Source of the DNA: Thermoguttaceae bacterium
GTDB taxonomy: Bacteria > Planctomycetota > Planctomycetia > Pirellulales > Thermoguttaceae
Assembly (NCBI GenBank): GCA_028703175.1
Contig: JAQVNJ010000064.1
Span: 1-32,699 of the forward strand
Length of the DNA stretch: 32,699 bases
Reading direction: 5' to 3'
How positions within the stretch are numbered: position 1 is the first letter of the stretch; each line of letters starts with the position of its first letter. The position numbers were made by a program, and so were the translations under genes. This document shows positions 12,001 to 16,641 of the stretch, in pieces. The notes beneath the pieces were generated by a model. That model did no database searches and was not told where the DNA came from. It was given only the letters and a program-made list of their open reading frames with translations.

Positions 12001-15000
12001 CGATGTCGTCCCAGGCCGCCGGCCAGATGAAGTTCAGGTGCACGAGGTCGTTGTCGCCGGGATAGACGGCTTCGCCGTCGCCGTCGCCGTCGTCGCCCAT
12101 CGTCGCCGGGATGTCGTAGGCGTGGCCGAGCGAGAGGGCGTGGCCGATCTCGTGGATCGCCGTGTTGAACCACCCCCCGCCGTATTCGCTTAAGCCCCAG
12201 TCCATCGCGGCGTTGATAATCGCCAGCCCGGGGCCGCCCAGGCCGGCCACGGCACCGACGGGAATCTTGGGGTTGATGGCCCGCAGATCGCCGGTGATCA
12301 CCTGGATTCCGGAGCCGGCCGTCTCGACGAACTGGATGCCGATATAGTTGCCGTAGATCTCGAAGATTTCGCGAGTCCGCTGCTTCTGCTCCTCGGTGAT
12401 CTGGTTTGGCGTGGTCCACCCGTAGTTGGCCGCGAAGTTGTAGTACATCACGCCGCTGCCGAGATTGGGGCCGGTGGCCGAGAAGTGGGCTTCCGGGAGG
12501 ATGTGCCGGTGGCCCGGCTCGTCGAGTCCGCCCGGCTGGACCAGCACGCTTGCATCGCCCCGGTCGATGGTCTGGCCGGTGATCGCCTTTTCCGCCGCCC
12601 CCAGAATGCCCAGGTTGGTCGCCGTGTCGTAGCTCGAATTGGCGTTGGAGATCGCCAGGTCGCTGTCCAGCTTCACGTTGAGCTGGTAGGAGCCGCCGGC
12701 CGCGCTGGAGACGCGCAGGTAGTAGGTGCCGCCTTCGACCAGATCGCCCGGCCAGACAGCTCCACCTTCGTCGAGAATCTCGGCGGTGAATCCGGCGGTC
12801 ATGGTCACTTCCAGTGGGCCGCTCGCCCCGGCCTGGATGCGGTAGTAGTCCACTTCCGCCGCGCCGGCCGGCGCGTCGCCGATGAAGCCTTCCAGGCTGG
12901 CCGCGGTCGTGTTGCCATAGAGCGTCCCCACGTTGACCGCGGTGGCCAGCGTATCGTTCGATTCGTCGGAGGGCCCGATCTCCAGGTGGTAGGTGCTCGG
13001 GCTCAACGGGCCGCTGAAGAGCAATTGTGCCTTGTCGCCGACCGGGTCGTAAACCACCTTCGTGGGAATCAGAATCTCGCCGGTGGCCGTGTTCTGCAAA
13101 CGGTAGAAGGCCGGGTTGGTCGCCGAAGCGGGATCCAGATCGTCGTCGTTGAAGTAGACGTCGACCTTGTCGGTCGCCTGGTTGAGCGTCTTGATCGTCT
13201 GCACGTCGAAGAGGCTGGAGCCCTCGTTGAACGACGCCCAGCGCCCGCTGAGGTCGACGGCTCCTCCGGCAAGCTGCGAGGCGATCAGGTCGCCGTCGAG
13301 CAGCTCCGCGGCGATCGCCGCATTGATCGCATCATTGACCAGCGCGGCCACCGCCTCGGCGGTGGTCGTCCCTGCCGGGTCGAAGTTGACCGCCACGTTG
13401 CCGGCGGCAACCCGCGGATTGCCGAGCCCGTCGACGTCCGTGTAGTGGTTCAGCTCGAAGGTCACCGTGTTGAACCCGTCGCCGGCGGTGAACGTCTCGC
13501 CGTCGTCCGCCGCGGTGATCGCCGGCGTCGTCACCCGCAGCGGCCCGCGGTAGACCGGCTGGGGCACGACCGAAACGACCTGGGCGCCCAGGTCGAGTTC
13601 GAAGCGGATCGTCTGGTCGTTGCCATTGTTGAAGGGCACGCCGGCCGCGTTGGTCAGCGGGTCCTGGCCGGGCTTGCCCCGGATCAGAATCTGGTAACTG
13701 TCGTCGGGGAGCGTCTGGGCGAACCGCATCACCACCTGGTTGGCTTTGTCGCCGGGCAGCATCTGGTAGGTGATCGGCCCCTTCGTCCCGGTGAGCTGGA
13801 TCGCGCCAAAGGTCGAGTCGAGCAGATCCTGGTTTTCATTGAACTGGAAGAGGAGCTCCCGCGGGGCGACGTTCAGCGTCCCGCCGTCGACCAGTTCGCC
13901 GCCGGCGTTGGGGATGATCTTGACCAATTCCGGACCGACGACCTGGTTCTCGTTCGAGACCAGCAGGGAGAAAGCCTGGGTGACGGCGCCGGCGCCGCCG
14001 ACGTGGATCGTGTATTGCCCCGCGCCGGTCAGGTCGATCTGGACCTGCTCGACATTGTCGACATGGTTCAACTGGGTGCGGACGGCCGGCGCGGCGGGAT
14101 TGGCCGGATCGAGCGTCCAGGGGTAATACGTGTTGCCCCCCTCGTCGGTGATCCAGATGTCGAGGTCGTTGACCAGCGCCGCTGCGCTGTCGTCCAGCCC
14201 GCTGGCCGCCGTGCCGGCCGGGTCCGTCCAGACGAGCGTCGCCCGCAGCGGGCTGTTGCCGGCCGACGTGACGCTCCAGGTCAGCTCGGTTCCGTTGTAG
14301 GTCTGCTCGAAGACCTCCGCCACGCCGCTCCCCTCGGCCGCCTCGCTGATGAACTCGGCGGCCGACTTGGCGTTGATCAGCCCCCAGCCGTAGGTGTAGT
14401 CGGGGCCGAAGTTGCCGGCGTCGGACGCCGTGTGGATGATCAACCCCTTGAGCGTGGCGCTGTTGGGCGCGTAGCCGAGCGTCTCCTCGAAGTGCTGCTT
14501 GAGCAGGACCGCCGTACCGGCCGCGCTGGGCGCGGCCATCGAAGTCCCCTCGCTCGTCCGGTAATCGCTGTTGGAGGCGTCGCTCGTGGAAAACACCCCA
14601 ACGCCGTTGGCAACCACGTCGGGCTTGATCCGTCCGTCGTCCGTCGGGCCCCATCCCGAGAACGCGGACATCTGCACGTCGGAGGCCGCATAGGGATCGA
14701 TCGTCACGTCGTCGACGGCGCCGACCGTAAGGCTGTTCTTGGCCGTCTGCGCCGGCCGCAGCGAGTCGTAGCCCGAGCCTGCATTGCCATCGGCCGGCGG
14801 CGGCGGAAAGTCCGCCGCGTTGGCCAGATAGAACCCTGGCCGCGACCAGCCGGGCAGCCCCGGATCCGACGAAAAGAAAGCGGCGTAGACGCCGACGCCG
14901 GTCAGGTTCCTGTAGTGGTCGGTGCGATCGTTTCCCGCCGCCCAAACGCTCAACAACTCGGGACTGCCGCTGAGGACCTGGTCCAACTGGCGGGCTGTGT

Positions 15001-15760
15001 CTCGATACGAGCCGAACGCCGCGTCTTCGATCTGGCTCGTGGACATGTCGCCGTACCAGACGTCGATGTGGCCGGTCGGCGACGACGGATCGAGTTCCCA
15101 TTCCCAGCCGCAAACCACGCCGTAGGAATGGTTCGAGACGTCGATCAAGCCGGCGTCTCTGGTCATTTCCGTGTAGTCGGAATTCCAGTCATAAGACCGG
15201 ATCGCAACCCCGGTGGCCATCCCCTCCGCTGCGGCGTTCACACCGGCCGCGCCGATCGTCCCTCCGACGTGCGTCGCGTGCCAGTCGCTCGCCGCGCCGT
15301 CGATCACGCTCACCCGGCCGCCGAACTCCTGGTGCGTCGGCAGGACCGCGCCCGCGTCCCAGACGCCCACCGTGTAGCCGCTGCCGTCCAGGTCCAGCCC
15401 CAGCGACCCGCCCGCGGTGATGTATTCCGCGTTCGCCGTGTCGGCCGCGTGGCGATTCAGCGGCCGGATCGGCCGGAAGTCGTCCGGGCTGTCCGCCAGC
15501 GCGATCAACTGGATCTGGCCGGGCTCCGGCAGCGGGCGGACCGCGCTGCCGAAGATCGGTTGATCGTAGGCGACCAGCTCGTCGAGCGTCGATGGGGTGA
15601 TGCTCAGCAGCAGCCGGTGCTCGAATTGCTCCATGCGAAGCCCACGGGGCTTAAGCGACGAAGCGCCTTTGGCGCGTTTTCGCAGCGGGTTGCGTCCATC
15701 TCCAGCTTCTCGATTCTTCTGGCTGCCGGAGATACGTCGGAACGATGTCCAGAGCGACAT
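1..15760 (-). CDS. Giant multidomain putative secreted/surface protein (>5,250 aa inside window; 3' end/C-terminus beyond window start). Domains in order: S8 peptidase; P-domain-like segment; metzincin motif; PPC-like and beta-helix repeats; GEVED repeats.
   Basis: Minus-strand frame (codon low-ends = 2 mod 3) is exactly antisense to all six large + ORFs of the track. My translation of this frame gives high-GC3 codons and recognisable motifs at every sampled site. Start: ATG 15760-15758 (MSLWTSFRRISGSQKN...) with GAGGAGA 8 nt upstream. Alternative start: ATG 15634-15632 (MEQFEHRLLLSITPSTLDELVAYDQPIFGSAVRPLPEPGQIQ...). In-frame TGA at 15766-15764 closes the frame upstream. None of the 20 minus-strand ORFs reported in 1-15781 lies in this frame, so it has no stop down to position 1. 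The ORF therefore runs off the window and was not reported. Confidence 0.8.
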   Translation of the reverse strand, partial: MSLWTSFRRISGSQKNREAGDGRNPLRKRAKGASSLKPRGLRMEQFEHRLLLSITPSTLDELVAYDQPIFGSAVRPLPEPGQIQLIALADSPDDFRPIRPLNRHAADTANAEYITAGGSLGLDLDGSGYTVGVWDAGAVLPTHQEFGGRVSVIDGAASDWHATHVGGTIGAAGVNAAAEGMATGVAIRSYDWNSDYTEMTRDAGLIDVSNHSYGVVCGWEWELDPSSPTGHIDVWYGDMSTSQIEDAAFGSYRDTARQLDQVLSGSPELLSVWAAGNDRTDHYRNLTGVGVYAAFFSSDPGLPGWSRPGFYLANAADFPPPPADGNAGSGYDSLRPAQTAKNSLTVGAVDDVTIDPYAASDVQMSAFSGWGPTDDGRIKPDVVANGVGVFSTSDASNSDYRTSEGTSMAAPSAAGTAVLLKQHFEETLGYAPNSATLKGLIIHTASDAGNFGPDYTYGWGLINAKSAAEFISEAAEGSGVAEVFEQTYNGTELTWSVTSAGNSPLRATLVWTDPAGTAASGLDDSAAALVNDLDIWITDEGGNTYYPWTLDPANPAAPAVRTQLNHVDNVEQVQIDLTGAGQYTIHVGGAGAVTQAFSLLVSNENQVVGPELVKIIPNAGGELVDGGTLNVAPRELLFQFNENQDLLDSTFGAIQLTGTKGPITYQMLPGDKANQVVMRFAQTLPDDSYQILIRGKPGQDPLTNAAGVPFNNGNDQTIRFELDLGAQVVSVVPQPVYRGPLRVTTPAITAADDGETFTAGDGFNTVTFELNHYTDVDGLGNPRVAAGNVAVNFDPAGTTTAEAVAALVNDAINAAIAAELLDGDLIASQLAGGAVDLSGRWASFNEGSSLFDVQTIKTLNQATDKVDVYFNDDDLDPASATNPAFYRLQNTATGEILIPTKVVYDPVGDKAQLLFSGPLSPSTYHLEIGPSDESNDTLATAVNVGTLYGNTTAASLEGFIGDAPAGAAEVDYYRIQAGASGPLEVTMTAGFTAEILDEGGAVWPGDLVEGGTYYLRVSSAAGGSYQLNVKLDSDLAISNANSSYDTATNLGILGAAEKAITGQTIDRGDASVLVQPGGLDEPGHRHILPEAHFSATGPNLGSGVMYYNFAANYGWTTPNQITEEQKQRTREIFEIYGNYIGIQFVETAGSGIQVITGDLRAINPKIPVGAVAGLGGPGLAIINAAMDWGLSEYGGGWFNTAIHEIGHALSLGHAYDIPATMGDDGDGDGEAVYPGDNDLVHLNFIWPAAWDDIDLYKFEVEEWGTLTLETVAERLAATSTLDTQLVLYREVNVEGTLVREIVAQNDDYYSNDSLIELEVAPGVYYVGVMSTGISQVDPTIEDSGFGGRSNGAYELKLAFQAEPAAALVDATGTALDGDADGLAGGTFDFWFRVGNSTLFVDKATGSAGGDGTLEAPYNEIDAALEDAQPGDVVRVVGNGGADGLVETADDNAPYLVGYNNVGAELPDGKLLQVPQDVTLMIDAGAILKLQRANIEVGSSAEGISLDGAAMQVLGTPREKVHFRSFRDDSIGGDSDGSSSGQSGGDWGGLVFRADSDYESDGVFLNWVAWADIQHGGGKVTVGTLEDNYTAIHLVGARPTIAFSEIRHGAGGAISADLASFEETEGRIGPDIHGNTVLDNSINGLFVRIPTQFGSVTEKLEVPGRWDDTDIVHVVTENLLIHGTPGGPLGSSARLDGRLRIDPGVIVKLEGARIHTEIAGQLIAEGLPGNPVVFTSLKDDTYGMGGGFDTSNDGLVNPPSPGQWGGLIFAPASRGSLDYVQLSYAGGETALAGGFDKFNAIEIHQADVRIANSTIELNANGYAGTSNRGGLGTNERAAIFIRGAQPVIVNNKIIDNQGDAITIDANSMNYAALTDPGRSTGAVDAFTQFGDNRGPLVRLNVLDNSPGGGGNQINGMVIRGSTLTTESIWDDTDIVHVLRDEISIDNLHTFGGLRLQSSQDASLVVKLQGANAGFTANGEPLDIEDRIGGTLHILGTPDYPVVLTSLYDDTAAAGFNLNGKPQGNTHPGDTAPAAGNWRSILIDRYANARNVAIVNEIEPAYTGREAINDLPRTAQFLGYLAPDVASDDEDDEKGSDENQRLGFEIHGYISLDDPTDQDVYSFVGKGGTEVWIDIDRTSFALDAKVELVRLDGTVIASSTDNSTLGGAAGTLTQQVFLGGDFYTTNQRDPGMYVVLPGEVGAEGTYFVRVTSQNGTSGYYQLQLRLRQVDEKPGSTIRYADIRYATNGIEVYGQPAHSILAAEAGETTADNNTQAGAQNLGNLLESDINTIGVSGSISAAGDVDWYRFEIDLEQIQAIGGVNAGGKTWSTVFDIDYADGISRADTVLAVYDSAGRLIFVGRDSNIEDDQPGTEPGAGLDRDDLSRGSFGTLDPFIGPVHMPATDQVYYVAVSSNRTLPAELDQTFAGSAANPNIRLEPIDSVQRIVEDHIGFSGFTTGDGSGSVKIDPVESDGILHINNATALSAHVVPFTLSDVVLFVSTDEGGGDRLRTVNPFTGQAVTNIGGLNGTNGYGDLAMRPDGVLFGQTRGNNNANSGNLRIIDTETAAQSGGGDDNIPTDPNIGQRFEALAFMRTSTGNFELYAANNNPYNEDGQAATGNEASPALWRINVSSGAAVDENTSSEATGLQPVGPLPSGATITGMAFSGTTLYAVDSAGNLWRTTIGGSSTSRSHSGWTSVAPLPVGMTGLSFGPQNVNGGAYANMLFASGSDRRLYAFSTSGAPQVVFDTDNDGVTDSSASNATGYAITGLAFSPLDFNLWHPTERRWNDQGHGVNPAFNNSRNTNFDQGTANVTHDNQHDGGASLYFGLEQWESSPNNDEYLRYGVNAQYGIRTSQFHQELTNNAAIGNNYNLPGGAYGSLVTDTFSLSGSVYADKPTLYVNYFLDTEGDAWASSDPMFDSARIWVWGNYGGTLGWHLLATNDSTVSTSNSGGGLHELPRFPSTSSDASSHRRQRVQELFDAGQWRQVRVDLGDFAGQSDLKLRFDFSTAGRMPTAVGTDSPYADLDSSIEGHGDLTNARRGQSNAYEGFYIDDIIIGFVERGEMVTAASGATAHFTLPGQSLEPFDPVEQVTGAYQLEIRRGSEYADNVTAQTANIAILEQFDTNDRLIPSKTANGRHVVNGKYVGSYRGDENVVRQQDQLIIEANTIRDVAGTGILVGPGGRDGTDVPQPGSVINTPVLNNSDLAPGVVIMNNVVASFGQTGILFSGDSNRIGDPIVPFGRIINNTIAGTSSAVSDYGIRVTDYAGPTILNNIVTASGVGISIDATSLSRSVSNYNLFQDNTTNTSAGAAGTFDISLAAGQPLFVDRANYNFYLASGSRAIDSSIDSLADRSEMWPGIKEPLGIPPSPIITPARDRYAQLRDDDPNQAPPSGMGTNIFKDRGAIERADFTGPTARIVDPLDNTAPRDGTNPKVDGFYDYNAADHDVVVISQKTTDFAVQLYDAGGIGIDDLSVTLADRVTVRTNVVKVYRVLDLAELTAAPEADWPTLRLDADYLLDWDAANNILHVIPASGIWQPGYYYVIDVNNEQVRDLAGNPLQPNRSAPPFAGKTLFTVHLTGLDYGDLPDDPAGASSPDYATLLESGPVDGQGGPRHVVTGGVYLGLPPTVELDAAASADASGDYYDDGVTVSAALQMDSDQIDGSGVGTLAIAASTGGYLNAWIDFNGDGKFDQAVERIAEDLWLDAGENTLTVNVPGDAYVNPAAPGAADVYARGARFRFTSFAFAGVPWLGPATNPASGIMDRPAVGSEGIAYDGEVEDYMLDIVRYRQDWGDAPTDALSGRYLYPTLEAHDGATHYIHGPFLGSRIDAEMDGQPTLLADGDDQVGVDDEDGVEFVGVRLIPGDDASQVRVTLNLNGAAGAVLEGWIDFDGDGLWSDEYATSGVIDPAGEHDAFLLTAREPGQVGTRIGVVFNTGDALDVAYDAAARVLSIQYEPGVTTVAELVSAINAADLPVVADFEAAAENDGSGRSPSDSVRLAATWITSGGSETSQATSGVINPLGEDNAFEIIARDNTSGMNNKWITFYEVDNPGDPISVVWNGLDTLTVRYEPGVSTALAVIDAIELSGTPFTARLADPEPNDGSGALAGADAPDGLTISAIAAGPGAHASAELAGLVGEQNDFRVEATVPGEDGNFDLVFEHIATDDPGASWTPAVPGVSAAKVTVRLQPDVTTAAEIVQAINTLGQPVAASLLAAPNDGSGVFAKGVLARGPAYVTSGGDWAVPATIGPINPPGINNAFEVFATTNDPAHNGITVAFYEVRNAASVSWNGEDTLSVRFVPGVTTVQDIVNRINAAPGPLGAALTADVNDGSGVLGEDAVVFDGAEFLLDGAYERIFTNQVLEDGTHTYEFFVPESARPGASYARFRVSETGRSADGELLGPGGLATSGEVEDYAVIIHQMDYGDAPNSFGTVLERDIYGNVISDGARHVIAGPRLGELVDSDENGKPGPAANGDDNDGEADEDGVIFNELIVPGETVMISVTMGREGFDGRAQLAVDPSAGENDSFIVRAADYGDPLNGTLVSFLQVDGLPNDGSGTIAASDIGDGEEYPTDYGSSFAKATTGAIDPAGANNAFAIRAKESGGQYNGITVRFEHAAAESEPATASWNAASSTLLIVFKPGVATLNDLKTAVDAAGSPLEAAIIDDTNAPPVVSYDLDAPSLTVRYNPGATALEIVEAINASGPFVAELDLGGDPTNDGSADLTGTALDGLTGELAGGQWPGLLEAWVDFNANGVFEPGEQVFTHQPLRNDQLNTLSFSVPQDALPGDTYARFRITSDGLDASGQPLGPEGLALSGEVEDYLINVPPIDYGDAPEEYGTLRADDGARHVIAGPRLGTLVDHDLDGYPSDDALGDDRSGEDDEDGLDIAGAVLVPGEWIALDAMVTLDDPSGPAYLKGWIDYDGNGLWDTSETVRWGDGAVVSGDDFVDVSLIPPNADGTRTVHFQMPEDAAPGMTFLRFRISTDPGLSFDGLALDGEVEDYVGYIHMVDHGDAPGAGTAPHVFTQAPAVLGEPLVPYGPWMGTNPTDHDLPVDPSVVFVDDQTGVDDEDGVILFDVLGQPTTQLVPGEWATIQVTVNAGSPESGYLYAWIDYNGDGLFESQPKIETQLGVDHDGNEQIADGLAIAAGETATIDFFVPHEGIDPGAINARFRLIGKTEHDLRVAADPDWTLGSTGLAYSGEVEDYVYTILEVDYGDAANGPTIWADDGARHVIAGPWMSTGDTLPDWEYDGQEDDNAA
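161..178 (-). repeat. GEVED-type repeat #5 (TGLAYSGEVEDYVYTILEVDYGDAANGPTIWADDGARHVIAGPWMSTGDTLPDWEYDGQEDDNAA…)
   Basis: rc-translation of 1-200 was read directly. The protein continues past position 1. Confidence 0.75.
770..787 (-). repeat. GEVED-type repeat #4 (GEVEDY)
   Basis: + strand gtagtcttccacctcgcc, same frame (codon low-end 770 = 2 mod 3). Confidence 0.7.
1310..1327 (-). repeat. GEVED-type repeat #3 (PGDTYARFRITS … ALSGEVEDYLINVPPIDYGDAPEEY)
   Basis: + strand gtagtcttccacctcgcc. The ARFR motif (rc of about 1385-1420) and DYGDAP motif (rc of about 1275-1300) were both verified by translation. Confidence 0.75.
2531..2548 (-). repeat. GEVED-type repeat #2 (…LATSGEVEDYAVI, followed by MDYGDAPN)
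   Basis: + strand gtagtcctcgacctcgcc; rc gives GEVEDY. DYGDAP motif lies about 30 nt 3' of it on the minus strand. Confidence 0.7.
4427..4444 (-). repeat. GEVED-type repeat #1 in window (…IAYDGEVEDYM)
   Basis: + strand gtagtcctcgacctcgcc; rc gives GEVEDY in the giant-gene frame. Confidence 0.7.
5941..6060 (-). other. Parallel beta-helix (PbH1-like) repeat segment, example 2
   Basis: rc-translation gives IVPFGRIINNTIAGTSSAVSDYGIRVTDYAGPTILNNIV. Confidence 0.4.
8843..8863 (-). other. PPC-like (pre-peptidase C-terminal-type) beta-sandwich motif DVDWYRF
   Basis: rc of 8843-8863 (gaagcggtaccagtcgacgtc) gives DVDWYRF, followed by EIDLEQI. A second module nearby ends ...TSGYYQLQLRLRQVDEKPGS (rc of 9061-9120), typical of the PPC terminal strand Y-x-L-x-L. 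Confidence 0.45.
10166..10230 (-). other. Parallel beta-helix (PbH1-like) repeat segment, example 1
   Basis: rc-translation gives QPVIVNNKIIDNQGDAITIDANS. This is an N-N-x-I-x-x-N / I-T-I-D-type rung, as in pectate-lyase-fold beta-helices. Confidence 0.4.
12122..12154 (-). other. Metzincin zinc-binding motif HEIGHALSLGH (HExxHxxGxxH), serralysin/matrixin-like, within giant protein
   Basis: rc-translation of 12061-12240 gives GGPGLAIINAAMDWGLSEYGGGWFNTAIHEIGHALSLGHAYDIPATMGDDGDGDGEAVYPGDNDLVHLNFIWPAAWDDI. The Met in IPATM is a possible Met-turn. Frame is continuous with the rest of the giant ORF. Confidence 0.7.
14211..14255 (-). other. Subtilase C-terminal P-domain-like segment (motif PLRATLVWTDPAGT)
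   Basis: rc-translation of 14211-14255 gives SPLRATLVWTDPAGT. An L-x-W-T-D-P motif typically follows S8 catalytic domains, in kexin/P-domain-like beta-barrels. Confidence 0.4.
14480..15400 (-). other. Subtilisin-like serine peptidase (S8) catalytic domain of giant protein
   Basis: Translated directly. Asp motif GYTVGVWDAGAVLPTHQEFGGR (Asp codon = rc of 15356-15358). His motif DWHATHVGGTIGAAG (about 15265-15295). Oxyanion Asn in VSNHSYG (about 15135). Ser motif TSEGTSMAAPSAAGTAVLLKQHF (Ser codon = rc of 14540-14542). Order D-H-N-S and spacing are typical of subtilases. Confidence 0.8.
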
Positions 15761-15768
15761 GGATCATC

Positions 15769-15775
15769 TCTCCTC
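15769..15775 (-). promoter_or_regulatory. Shine-Dalgarno-like GAGGAGA, 8-nt spacer before ATG 15760 of the giant gene
   Basis: Minus strand reads ctaattGAGGAGAgatgatccATG. Confidence 0.45.
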
Positions 15776-16641
15776 AATTAGATTGGGCGTCGTGGTTCTT
15801 CGCTGAGATGGCGATTACCGAGGCAGACCTCGCGGGGGTCGCAAAACAGAGAATTCGCATCGTTCCGAAACGCGGGGCAATTGCCTTGGAAGGGGACGTG
15901 GAGCGATTATGCGGGTCCTGTTGCCGATTCTGTTTGGCGCGGATGCAAATGTCAAGTTTTTTTCGTAAAGAAGGTGGAACTCGCCAGCCGTCGCGGCGGC
16001 CGCCGGCGCCGCGACCGCCGGGTGAATGCCGTGGGCGGGCCGGCGCGATTCCGGCCGGCCTGCGCCGGCGACCGGCCGAGCTGGGCCGCCAGGGCGAATT
16101 CCGGTTCCTCGCCGATCGGTCGCCCCCGGCCTAGGCGGGTTCGCTGCCAGGAAACACGGCAACAGAGAACACGAAAAATAAGGGGCAGAGTTGCCACCCA
16201 GTCGGCGTTCTCTGGCCCCGCTATGGTGCGGTCGGAGCGCCGATCTCCAGGGCGGCCGGCGGTTGGGCGGAATTCTGGGAGGACCGCAAAAAAGATGTGC
16301 GAAGCGGGCTTCCCCCGCTGACCGCCCCCCCCATAATGGGTGTGAAGAACTTGCAGTGCGGCAGGCGCGCGGAGCGCCTGCTCGTTCGCGCTCGGCGGCT
16401 TCTCGCCATCTTGGAGCCAAGGCTTCGAGGTCCCGGGGTCGGCCGAAGGGGGGCTGCGGCGGGGGCGGTTGTCCGCCCGGTCTGGAACCGATGCGGCCGG
16501 GAGATTTTGCCGTTGGTTGCCGTGTGCGCCCGAGGAGCAGGCTCTTTTTTAGGAATATTGCCGACGGGCACGCCGCTTGCTCCCAACAAATGCCCGACAT
16601 GCCGGCATCCAGCCGGGAAGGCAGAAACGGGAGAGGAACCG

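Noticed and set aside
297-15113. Minus-strand ORFs inside the giant-gene span (e.g. 627..1085, 4186..4611, 10212..11057 281 aa, 11634..12419 261 aa, 13836..15113 425 aa)
   Set aside because: None is in the coding frame (codon low-end 2 mod 3). Their products are R/P/G-rich off-frame read-throughs typical of high-GC DNA.
15000-15600. Apparent frameshift between the N-terminal leader and the S8 domain of the giant gene
   Set aside because: It arose from my own off-by-one transcription of sequence lines. Re-reading the original lines gives a continuous frame (…PIFGSAVRPLPEPGQIQ…) with no shift.
83-15781. Six long + strand ORFs (83..7666 2527 aa, 7691..9280, 9446..10051, 10100..11908, 11909..12193, 12485..15781 1098 aa)
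   Set aside because: All share one frame and are the codon-aligned antisense of the minus-strand giant gene. Their translations are V/D/R/G/A-rich with weak GC3 and no motifs, while the minus frame yields S8, metzincin, PPC, beta-helix and GEVED motifs.
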